DNA from: Octopus sinensis
Taxonomy: Eukaryota
Length of the DNA: 20,947 nucleotides
Direction of reading: 5' to 3'
Assembly (NCBI RefSeq): GCF_006345805.1
Contig: NW_021823887.1
Span: 1 to 20,947 of the forward strand
Below the pieces are notes generated by a model. The model was not told the origin of the DNA, did no database searches, and was given only the letters and a program-made list of their open reading frames with translations. This document shows positions 10,212 through 20,901 of this stretch, piece after piece (position 1 is the first letter of the stretch; every line of letters begins with the position of its first letter). A program made the translations under genes and the position numbers.

Positions 10212-10627
10212 CGCATACACGCACATAGATGGATAGGATAGATAGATACATATTGATATGGTAAACTCAAGTTTGATGGCCATTATTTCCTGGAATGCAA
10301 ACATGTTCTTAGCAAGGTGGGAATTAATAATAACAGCTCATATGAAGTAATTAAATGGAACAATTAGAGAGTTAATTACTTTGTTTACGATGTATATTAT
10401 TTCCTCAAGTGGGCGACTGACATGCATTTAACAATGACCAAATTTCTGAGACTCAATCTCTCATACTCTCACGCTTACTCACTTTTATTCTCTAACACAC
10501 ACGCTCCCTGTCTGTCTGTCTGTCTGTCTCACGTATGTAAACATGTACATATATGCATATATTTATACATACATACATGTATGCTATACCTTATACATTC
10601 ACACATCCTACACATGCATACCCACTC

Positions 10628-10705
<78 letters not shown>

Positions 10706-10746
10706 TATATGTTTGTGTGAGTGTGTGTGTGTGTGTATGTATGTAT

Positions 10747-11070
10747 AAAGGTTAAAGACCCCCTTCGGTCATGAATGAGCATGAGATTGCACCTAGAAAG
10801 TTCCCCTCGGAGGCATAAATCAGAGTAAGGCTGTTTATGGAAGATCAGAAGCCGCCCATGCATACTGGCCCCTCCCGTCCACGCCACCGATTTTATCCAA
10901 GGGAAAGGCAAAGAGGTCCGATACAGCTTGGCAGCAGTGAGGGGTCACAGCTCATTTCTATCGATTAGTGAACTGGAGTAACGTGAGATAAAGTGTCTTG
11001 CCCAAGAACACAACACACAGCTCGGACCAGGATTCGAACTCACAACCTCATGATTGTGATTCCAATGCTC
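10747..11070 (-). mobile_element. tRNA-derived SINE family 2 (duplicate of 895-1217)
   Basis: Near-identical to 895-1217, with the same B box. Confidence 0.82.
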
Positions 11071-11250
11071 ACACACACACACACACACATACATACATAA
11101 GCACACACAAGAGTCAGCTGAAAAGTTCATTAGCTGATCAAAAATTTACTTGTGAGATTTTTGCTACCCTGGTAATTATTTAGTTAAGTTTTCCGTGTTA
11201 ATTGTTAACAAGGTAATAATACACTCATCTATCGATAATACATATATATG

Positions 11251-11297
<47 letters not shown>

Positions 11298-11441
11298 GCA
11301 TATAGGCACTCAAACGTACATGTATAAATAGTTGTGTGTGTGTACGTCTTGATAAAAAGTGAGAGAAAGCGAAATCCCGAGACAATAAGGGATAGCTGGT
11401 ATTTCTTAAATACAACAGAATGTTGGCTAATTAAGGCACAC

Positions 11442-11739
11442 ACAGGATTCTCTTTCAGCACAAACATTGTAATTATCTTTTTAATTATATCGAATGAGTA
11501 GTAATTATTTGATTTTAAGAAAGTTTTGTTCAGCAATCAAAGAGTGGAGATATTTGATATCGTTAAACCAAACAGAAGTAGTAGCTTGACATCCCGTATT
11601 TGCATAATGCATATATAGTTTTATGTATGTGTGTATATCAAATTATATATAGATATTTCAATATGCATATATATACATGTGAATATATATATATATTAGA
11701 TATATATATATAAGATTATATAATATATATTATATATAC

Positions 11740-11791
<52 letters not shown>

Positions 11792-11878
11792 TATATATAT
11801 TTTTATATATATATATATATTTATAAAAAAATGAAGTTCGAAAATGCTGCTATATTATACATTTTTTAATTTTTATAT

Positions 11879-11909
<31 letters not shown>

Positions 11910-11910
11910 A

Positions 11911-11941
<31 letters not shown>

Positions 11942-11946
11942 GATAG

Positions 11947-11992
<46 letters not shown>

Positions 11993-12809
11993 GATAGAAG
12001 ATAGATAGATAGACAGAGAGATAGATAGATATGCGTTAGTGTGTGCTAAAATATTGGTTCGTTTCTTGTTAAATAAATAACATCGTATTTCTGTGATACA
12101 AAATTTGTCCACCCATCCTATGCTTAACAACCACTTGAGTTTACAGGCAAACAAATCACGTCTGTGTTAGTGTGTGTGTGTGTGTCTGTTTCATGTGTTT
12201 GTCTGTGTGTTTCTAATACTCACAGCATATGGCATCCGTTTAATAGCAGATCGGGGAATGTTAAGGTTCGCATTTTGTTTTCCCCTCTTAAGTGCTGACA
12301 CTCCAAATTTGACCAACTGGTGGATGCTGATAACTATTCCATCGACAAATTCTGGCCATCTGAAGTGTTTTGTTTTTCTAAACAATTGTTTTCAAGTATT
12401 TTTATATTTTTCAGTATAAAACTGAATACATCCACCCCACCCCCGTCACTACCATTATCGTTGTCATCACCATCATCAACATCATCGTGTCAATACATGA
12501 ATTATTAATTAATATTAATATTGTCCGTTAATTAAAAATTTTCCAGTATTATGCAAATTTTATTCTAGTTAATATATATTTCAATTGTTAAAAGGCAAAT
12601 TTACAGCAGTTACAACGTGGTGAGAATTCTCCCTTCACCTAAAAGTATATAAAAACGCCATTTCTGTCCAGTGCCAGGATCACAGACGATGTTTCTAGCA
12701 CTTTCGTTGTTGAGATGGCGGAACTGGACACATATGTTGTTTTAATACCTTTTCACCTTGTCGATCAACAGTGGATATATATCAGAAACATATTTCAACT
12801 AACCTAGAT

Positions 12810-12856
<47 letters not shown>

Positions 12857-12878
12857 AATATATATGTGTATGTATTTA

Positions 12879-12944
<66 letters not shown>

Positions 12945-14456
12945 GTGTGTAATATATATGTGTATGTATGTATATATATATATATATATATACATAATAT
13001 ATACATATTATATATATAGTTATATATATATATATTATATATGTGTGTGTGTGTGATATATATGTGTATGTATTTCTCTGATATATATACATATATATAT
13101 CCATATATTCTATATATGTGTGTGTGTGTAATATATGTGTGTGTCTTTTCTATATATATCATACATATATATATACCTATATATCTATCTTTCTACTATA
13201 TATATCATATATATATATAGTGTGTGTGTGTTTTGGGTGTGGTGTGTGTATGTATATGTATACATTTTCGTGCTAGGGAAAGTGCCACTGAAGCTATATT
13301 CCTGGTAAGGCAGCTGCAGGAGAAACACCTACAAAAGATAAGCCCCTGTGCCTGGCTTTTGTTGACATGGAGAAAGCTTTCGACAGGGTCCCCCGATCCC
13401 TTATCTGGTGGTCAATGAGGAAACTAAGGATAGATGAATAGTTAGTCGGGACTAGTCGATCCTTACTTTGTGTTTTTGTGTTTCATTTACTTTGCTAGGT
13501 AGTCGTTGTAGGATCGACTTGTCACGACTAGCTAGCGCGGTTGCGCGAGTAAACGAGTGCGCGCACCAGGACCACTCTTCTTAAATAAATGGTATCTAGT
13601 TTCCACAGCGGAGAAATCCACCCTTGTTAAAACATATACACAAAACCCTACCATTTCAGGCTAATTGAACAGAGACCCTACTCTGTGTTACCTCCATCTC
13701 TGTCCCCAACAAAGCGGCCACGCCCTTGTAAGTTTCATAACGTACAAAAAAAACATTAATTTCCTGATCTCATAATTTGGATCACGCACATCTACGATAA
13801 TTAATATCGTATTATTAATTTATAGACACACAGACAGAGTTTAAGATGAAAGGATGTCTATATTTTAAGACAGGGTTTATATTTTTTTTTTCAGGAAAAA
13901 ATTGATTCACAAATTTTGAACTTCCTTGAAATATAAATATCCAAAACATTTTCTTTCTTTCAAATTTATCAACTATTTTTGAGATTCTTTAAAAACATAT
14001 AAACATTCTCTTCTTGTAAACATACTTGAAATCCTGGACACAATTTTTATTGTTTATAAAATGATTTGAGAAAACCAGTATATATGTTCGTGTTCATGTA
14101 TGTATGTATGTATGTTCGTATGTATGTATGTATGAATGTATGAATGTATGTTTGTAAGTATGTATGTATGTATGTATGTTTGTAAGTATGTATGTATGAA
14201 TGTATGTATGTATGTATGTATGTTTGTATGTATGTATGTATGTTTGTATGTATGTATGTATATGTGTATGTATGTATGTATGTATGTATATATGTATGTA
14301 TGTATGTATGTATGTTTGTATGTATGTATGTATGTATGTTTGTATGTATGTATGTATGTATGTATGTATTATGTATGTATGTATGTATGTATGTATGTAT
14401 GTATGTATGTATGTATGTATGTATGTATGTATGTGAAGTATATAGAAATTTATATA
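11442..14456. repeat. Core unit X3 (type A) with ~630 bp internal deletion
   Basis: Same block order with type A diagnostics. AAGGATGT (13850-13857) is joined via CTATATTTT to AAGACAGGGTTT, removing the equivalent of 3491-4119. Confidence 0.92.
13265..13446 (+). mobile_element. RTE-clade RT fragment (X3 copy)
   Basis: Same peptide blocks as 2896-3082. Confidence 0.85.
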
Positions 14457-15757
14457 ATGAGCAAGCTATAAAAATATTCTATATATAAAAATTAGTGAGA
14501 AGAAGGCAGATATACAGTAAAAATAAAATTACACATTAATTGGATGGCTGTTGATTCTCAAGAGTTCCTCCGCCCTTTAACGGGTTTTGTTTTTCTTGTC
14601 CAATAAACACCCTCCTCACCAAGCAAGCTTGGTGTACGTATGTATGTATGTTTAGAAAATCCATCATTGAAGCATGCTGTAAATCCATCATTGAAGCATG
14701 CTGTAAATGTAATCTATAAAACTATAATCTTCTTAAACTTAATTGCATGTTTAACTTGAGTTAATTCTTATCCAGGAACACTATGACCAAAGGCGTTCTA
14801 ACCACGACCTTCCCATATTCTTTATAATCTAATATGTTAACCTCGCGCTACATTTCAGACACTCCGTTGTTGATTCATATTACTGTTTATAATTATTCAA
14901 ATTATAAAATTGAAATAAAATCATTTAAAAAATTTCATTGATTGAAAGACGAAAGAGATAAAATTAGTAGAGTTGTTATTGGTATTAATGTAACTCTTTG
15001 TATTCTGATTTCAAATCCTGCTAAGGTCATTTTGATTTTTATTATGCAAGTGTTGGTAAAACAAAATTCTAGCCTGAAGTGGTGGTCTTCTGGAATTAGA
15101 TATTGGACGCGATGCCTTGCAGTATTTAATGTAGACCTATATTTTATGAGTTGAAATCCCTATATTAATGTACACCTCTATTTTATGAGTTGAAATGCGT
15201 GGTTGGTAAAATTCTCGCTTTCTAAGCTTTGAAAAAAAGAAGTTATCAAAAAACAATATTTTAAATTTCACTCGAGAGTTAGAAAACCAGTGATAACTAC
15301 CTAAAATATTGTTTCATTAGATGAACATTTCCAGCATTTTAATTACCATGAAAGAGATTTTAAACAGATATAACCAAATTATATTTAATATTATATTCTG
15401 GAAATGAAGAGTTTCTTTACTTATAATATAACACCAGAAAATGTTTAAAATGGTGTGTGTGAAAAGAAAACAGTATATTTACGCTTGAAATTGTTGTAAT
15501 GAATATTTAACGCTGTAAATGTGTTAGTAAGTTGAGTGTTAAACAAATATATATGAAAAGAAAATTATTTACCAAATTCGAAGATTATGTTCTGATTCGG
15601 GTTGAAGTTTTTCTATTTCAGAAAATTTCAGCGTCCGCTTTGTTCAAACGACGATGAAAATGTGACACTACCAACAGTTAAAAGGAAACTTCTAATGAAA
15701 CAGGATGTAGTAGGCACGACCTCCTCATGTATATGTGTGTCTGTATGTGTCTATATA

Positions 15758-15814
<57 letters not shown>

Positions 15815-15895
15815 TACACACATATATATATATATGTATGTATGTATTCTGTCACCCCGCCACTTTAATGACGATGATGGCCAATTATGGCAAAT
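14457..15895. repeat. Spacer S2, copy b
   Basis: Aligns to 4717-6519 with a 418-bp deletion and an adjacent 24-bp tandem duplication. Confidence 0.9.
14705..15232 (+). pseudogene. Second copy of the probable GPCR relic (TM5-TM7 region only)
   Basis: One frame without frameshifts from 14765 to 15232: ...PLLIHITVYNYSNYKIEIKSFKKFH*LKDERDKISRVVIGINVTLCILISNPAKVILIFIMQVLVKQNSSLKWWSSGIRYWTRCLAVFNVDLYFMS*NPYINVHLYFMS*. The N-terminal part is removed by the 418-bp deletion. Confidence 0.5.
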
Positions 15896-16107
15896 ACAGG
15901 ATTCTGTTTCAGCACAAACATTGTAATTATCTCTTTAATTACTTCCAAACAGAAATTATCTCTTTAATTACTAACCAAACAGAAATAGCAGCTTGACAAT
16001 CCCGTATATGCATAATGCATATATAGTTTTATGCATATGTGTATATCATTCTATACATCGATATTTCAAAATGCATATATATATACATGTAAATATATAT
16101 ACATATA

Positions 16108-16145
<38 letters not shown>

Positions 16146-16219
16146 TCAATCAATATAAGGGTAACAAAAATTCAAGAAATATTTTCTGGCACCAGTGGTC
16201 AAGTGAGAAAATAGAATAG

Positions 16220-16262
16220 TTATATATATATATATATATATTATATAGAACGTTGTTGAACG

Positions 16263-16322
<60 letters not shown>

Positions 16323-16338
16323 TAGAACGTTGTTGAAC

Positions 16339-16383
<45 letters not shown>

Positions 16384-16396
16384 ACGTTGTTGAACG

Positions 16397-16427
<31 letters not shown>

Positions 16428-16440
16428 ATATATATATATG
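16220..16440 (+). repeat. (TA)n tract carrying three copies of GAACGTTGTTGAACG
   Basis: Motif at 16248, 16325 and 16382; single copy at 6908 in X2. Confidence 0.95.
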
Positions 16441-16791
16441 TACATCTATATATATATATTTACATGTATATATATATGCATTTTGAAATATCGATATGTA
16501 GAATTATATACACACATGCATGTATGTACATATATATATATATATATATATTACATATATATATATATATATACATACATATATATATATAGAGAGAGAG
16601 ATTGATAGATAGATAGATAGATAGATAGATAGACATGTGTTAGTGTGTGCTAAAATATTGGTTCGTTTTTTGTTAAATAAATAGCATTGTATTTCTGTGA
16701 TACAAAATTTGTCCACCCATCCTTTGCTTACCAACCACTTGAGTTTACAGGCAAACACATCACGTCTGTGTTTGTGTGTCTGCATGTGTGT

Positions 16792-16839
<48 letters not shown>

Positions 16840-17255
16840 TGTGTCTGTGTGTGTGTGTGTGTGTCTGTGTGTTTCTAATACTCAGTTCAGATGGCATCCG
16901 TTTGATAGCAGTTTCGCATTTTGTTTTTCCCTCTTAAGTGCTGACATTCCAAATTTGACCAACTGGTTGATGCTGATAACTATTCCATCGACAAATTCTG
17001 GCCATCTGAAGTGTTTTGTTTTTCTAAACAAATGTTTTCAAGTATTTTTATATTTTTCAGTCTAAAATTGAATACATCCACCCCACCCCCGTCCCTACCA
17101 TTATATTTGTAGTCACTATCATCAACATCATCGTGTCATTACATGAATTATTAATTAATATTAATATTGTCCGTTCATTAAAGATTTTCCAGTATTATGC
17201 AAATTTTATTCTAGTTAATATATATTTCAACTGTTAAAAGGCAAATTTACAGCAG

Positions 17256-17390
17256 TTACACCGTGGTGAGAATTCTCCCTTCACCTAAAAGTATATAAAA
17301 ATACCATTTCTGTCCAGTGCCAGGATCACAGACCATGATGTTTCTAGCACTTTCGTTGTTGAGATGGAAGCACTGGACACATATGTTGTT
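17256..17390 (-). pseudogene. Possible ricin-B (QxW) lectin-like coding relic in core X (X4 copy; homologous stretches near 2505-2640, 7770-7908, 12610-12741)
   Basis: Stop-to-stop frame [44 protein letters not shown] has the C-x(16)-C-x5-QKW-x-F...G-x-I spacing of beta-trefoil QxW subdomains. Short and seen by eye only. Confidence 0.3.
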
Positions 17391-17491
17391 TTAATACCTT
17401 TTCACCTTGTCGATCAACGGTGGATATATATCAGAAACATATTTCAACTAACCTAGATACAATATATATATATATATATATATGTGTGTGT

Positions 17492-17523
<32 letters not shown>

Positions 17524-17580
17524 GTGTATGTATTTATATATATATATATATTATATATATATATATACATATATATATAC

Positions 17581-17613
<33 letters not shown>

Positions 17614-17650
17614 GTGTGTGTGTGTGTGTGTGTGTATGTATTTGTATACG

Positions 17651-17832
17651 TTTTCGTGCTAGGGAAAGTGCCACTGAAGCTATATTCCTTGTAAGGCAGC
17701 TGCAGGAGAAACACCTACAAAAGATAAGCCCCTGTGCCTGGCTTTTGTTGACATGGAGAAAGCTTTCGACAGGGTCCCCCGATCCCTTATCTGGAGGTCA
17801 ATGAGGACACTAAGGATAGATAACTAGTTAGT
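17651..17832 (+). mobile_element. RTE-clade RT fragment (X4 copy)
   Basis: Same peptide blocks as 2896-3082. Confidence 0.85.
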
Positions 17833-18399
17833 CGGGACTTGTATATCCTTACTTTGTGTTTTTGTGTTTCATTTACTTTGCTAGGTAGTCGTTGTAGGAT
17901 CGACTTGTCACGAATAGCTAGCGCGGATGCGCGAGTAAACGAGTGCGCGCCCCAGGACCACTCTTCTTAAATAAATGGTATCCAGATTCCACAGCGGAGA
18001 AATCCACCCTTGTTAAAACATATACACAAAACCCTACCATTTCAGGCTAATTGAACAGAGACCCTACTCTGTGTTACCTCCATCTCTGTCCCCAACAAAG
18101 CGGCCACGCCCTTGTAAGTTTCATAACGTACAAAAAAAACATTAATTTCCTGATCTCATAATTTGGATCACGCACATCTACGATAATTAATATCGTATTA
18201 TTAATTTATAGACACACAGACAGAGTTTAAGATGAAAGGATGTTCATTCAAGCGTTAAATGGTCCCAAATGAAATTAAATGCCTTACCTCAGTTTAGTTT
18301 TAAACGGTAGCAACGTATCCGGGGTTCCAATTAATTTCAAATTTTCTTTTGCCGGATTTAATTTCGATGGCAAGAAAGCGGAGATAACTCTCGAAATAT

Positions 18400-18576
18400 A
18401 GGCGGTGTTGGGGTATGTGTTAAATAGCTTACGTACCAAGCACATGGTTACGTGTTCAGTCCCACTGCGTGGCACCTTGGGCGAGTGACTTCTACTATAG
18501 CCTCGGCCGACCAAAGCCTTGTGGGTGGATGAGGTAGACGGAAACTGAAGGAAGACCCGTCGTAAATATGTACATG
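18400..18576 (+). mobile_element. SINE family 1, 5' half (X4 copy)
   Basis: Duplicate of 3644-3818. Confidence 0.8.
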
Positions 18577-18586
18577 TTTGGCCCGA

Positions 18587-18680
18587 GAAAACACTTGCCC
18601 AAGCTGCCACACAGTGGGACTGATCTCGGAACCATTTGGTTGGTAAGTAAGCTACTTACAACTCAGGCACTCCAACGCCT
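18587..18680 (-). mobile_element. SINE family 1 head, inverted (X4 copy)
   Basis: Duplicate of 3829-3921. Confidence 0.8.
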
Positions 18681-18769
18681 AGGGTCTCAAAGATTGAAAA
18701 TTATTTTAGTATTCTCTATCCTATCTTTTCCATACACGCCCCCATACATACATACATACATACATATAT

Positions 18770-18806
<37 letters not shown>

Positions 18807-19182
18807 GTATCACCTTTTAGCTGATGGCAGAGATTTATTGTACAGATTAAATTAAAGTATATGAAGAGGACAGGGTTTATATTTTCTATTTCAGGAAAAA
18901 TTGATTCACAAATTTTGAACTTCCTTGAAATATAAAAATCCAAAACATTTTCTTTCTTTCAAATTTATCAACTATTTTTGAGATTCTTTAAAAACATATA
19001 AACATTCTCTTCTTGTAAACATACTTGAAATCCTGGACACAATTTTTATTGTTTATAAAATGATTTGAGAAAACCAGTATATATGTTCGTGTTCATGTAT
19101 GTATGTATGTATGTATGTATGAATGTATGTTTGTATGTATGTATGTATGTATGTATGTTCGTATGTATGAATGTTTGTATGT

Positions 19183-20715
19183 TTCGATATGCTGTATGTC
19201 TTTGAGAAGATAAGGAGAAGAGGCTTGAATCCCGTACTCCAATATGGGTCTCACCAGCATGACATAGAGTGGTAGGAATATGGCTGCTGTGAGCATTCCG
19301 AATGTCCATCGAATCAAGAACAGAACTCCGCGTGCTTTGTTGGTAGCATGGACGCACTGGGCCGAAGGCAAAAAGGAGGGATCCACCAAGATACCCAGGT
19401 CCTTTACCTGATCGGTCCTCTCCAGCAGCAGACGACCCGGTTCGAAATCAAGTTGAGTTGCAGGAGGAGAGCCAACAGGCAGATGACAGCACTTTGACAC
19501 GTTCAGACACAGGTCCCATTCGTTAGACCATCTCCAAATTTGGTGGAGGCATCGACGAAGATCCTCTATATCACCGCGAGGAGCGACCAGTTTGACATCG
19601 TCGGCAAATAGAAGGGCAAATCATTTATGAAGACTAAGAACAATAACGGCCCAAGCACTGAACCTTGAGGCACGCCACTGCTCGCACTGGAGACGTCGGA
19701 CCGCGAACCATTAACTTGGACTTGGAAGGAGCGATCTGAGAGGAAGGCACCAACCCATCGTACAATATCCGGATGGAAACTATATGCTTGAAGCTTGACA
19801 AGTAATAGGCGGTGGTTTACCGAGTCAAAAGCTTTGGCAAAGTCCAATAAAACGATGTCAACAGCATCACTATCATCGAGGATGCGCGTCACCAATTCTT
19901 CCATTACCAGTAAGCTGGTCAAGCATGATCTTTTCGGCACGAAGCCGTGTTGGGAATCAGTGATCGAGGCTGTGTTTAGGAGGTGGAGCATCATACTTTT
20001 CTTAAGGATGGTTTCGAACATCTTGCTGATTATTGATGTAAGAGAAAGCGGTCTGTAGTTAAGCGGGTCTTCGCGGCTCCCTTTTTTGAAAATTGGGCAG
20101 ATTATCGCTGTTCTCCAGTCCGCAGGTATAACACCCGTCGCCAATGACATATTGAATAGACGTGTTAAGGGCTCGCAGATGACCAGAGCCAACGCTTTGA
20201 TAACCCTTGGGTGTATGCTGTCAGGGCCGTGACCCTTGTTGACATCGAGGGCTTGAATAACGCGTTCGACTTTGTCCCGCGTGATGACCAATCAAAGCAT
20301 TGGAGGTACTGATCTATCAAATGGAGGGGGTTCAAAACCATCATCTTGTTTGAAAATAGTTGAAAAAGCCTCGGCAAATAATTGACTCTGTTGATAAGGG
20401 TCCTCAATCGATACGCCTGTTGAGTCTACCAACGTTGCAATTTGGTTGCTCAAGCGGGAATTCCGTTGGACATGGGCAAATAAGGTTTTTGGATTGCTAC
20501 TGGCGTTTGCCGCGATTCCGCATTCATATCTGAAGCGTTCTTCCTTTTCAATTTTCACGGCTCGGTCACGTTGAGTTTGTACACCTTAAAAGCTGCAGTC
20601 GAATCCAGATTTTTTAATTCAGCCCAAGCAATATCTCTGAGTTGAAGTTCTCGTTTAACCTTCTTCGTCAGCCAGGGCTTGTGTTTCTTCTTCTTGGGAA
20701 GCCCAACGGGAACTA
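19183..20715 (-). mobile_element. CR1-group LINE ORF2 (linker + RT + thumb), truncated at both ends and disabled
   Basis: Motifs in order: KPWLT; GPDSIHPRV; WRTAIICPIFKKGSREDPLNYRPLSLTS; QHGFVPKRSC; LDFAKAFDSVNH; SGVPQGSVLGPLLFLVFINDL; LFADDVKL (after a frameshifting deletion near 19612); KDLGILVD; LVRPILEY; KDIQHIE. In-frame TGA at 20294-20292 and another frameshift near 20575. Confidence 0.95.
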
Positions 20716-20852
20716 AATATATATGTAGCTGGAGGAAATCGATTAGTAAACAATATTATTTTATGTCGGAGTTAGCAGTTGTAACGATAAGAATTATATA
20801 TAATTGCATACTGTAGGATGTGAAAGATGAACAATGCATGAAATTTGAAGGA

Positions 20853-20900
20853 AATATTTATTTACCATTACGAATTGTAACGTAACGGTAAATAAATATT
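20853..20900. other. 20-bp AT-rich hairpin abutting the inverted-LINE junction
   Basis: AATATTTATTTACCATTACG - AATTGTAA - CGTAACGGTAAATAAATATT; arms complementary at 19/20. Confidence 0.9.
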
Positions 20901-20901
20901 C

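Larger units (their letters stand above)
9997..11441. repeat. Spacer S1, copy b
   Basis: Aligns to 114-1283 with an extra 310-bp segment. Confidence 0.9.
45..19182. repeat. Higher-order tandem duplication [S1-X(A)-S2-X(B)] x2, ~9.9 kb period
   Basis: CTTTACTAGTGCAG at 114 and 9997 (period 9883). The hairpin anchor occurs at 3074, 8316, 13438 and 17824. Diagnostic variants alternate: the 16-bp ATCGGGGAATGTTAAG is in X1/X3 but absent in X2/X4; CCTATGCT vs CCTTTGCT; AAACAAATCACG vs AAACACATCACG; CACGACTAGC vs CACGAATAGC. Confidence 0.95.
15896..19182. repeat. Core unit X4 (type B), truncated in (TATG)n by a CR1-type LINE
   Basis: Same block order with type B diagnostics. The TATG tract is only ~90 bp and runs directly into LINE sequence. 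Confidence 0.92.

Noticed and set aside
10265-10367. Plus-strand KFDGHYFLECKHVLSKVGINNNSSYEVIKWNN, faintly lectin-like
   Set aside because: Opposite strand to the other lectin-like pieces, broken by an indel in copy a, and too short to trust.
16248-16396. CRISPR-like repeat-spacer pattern (GAACGTTGTTGAACG x3)
   Set aside because: The spacers are pure (TA)n, the repeat is only 15 bp, the context is eukaryotic and there are no cas genes.
244-18943. Dozens of tracked ORFs rich in YIYI, MYVC, HTHT, CVCV or YLSI
   Set aside because: They are translations of (TA)n, (TATG)n, (CA/GT)n and (GATA)n tracts, which lack stops in some frames; no coding signal.
18716-19080. Minus-strand ORF DFYISRKFKICESIFPEIENINPV...
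   Set aside because: Bounded by stops, F/I/K/N-biased as expected for AT-rich DNA, and frame not preserved across X1, X2 and X3.
1284-19182. Core X as a Helitron/Helentron or other composite transposon
   Set aside because: No 5' TC / 3' hairpin-CTRR termini, TIRs or TSDs at the core boundaries; boundaries look like duplication breakpoints.
19046-20407. ORFs 19046-19357 (-), 19795-20058 (+) and 20165-20407 (-)
   Set aside because: Alternative-frame or antisense shadows of the CR1 ORF2, which explains the region fully.
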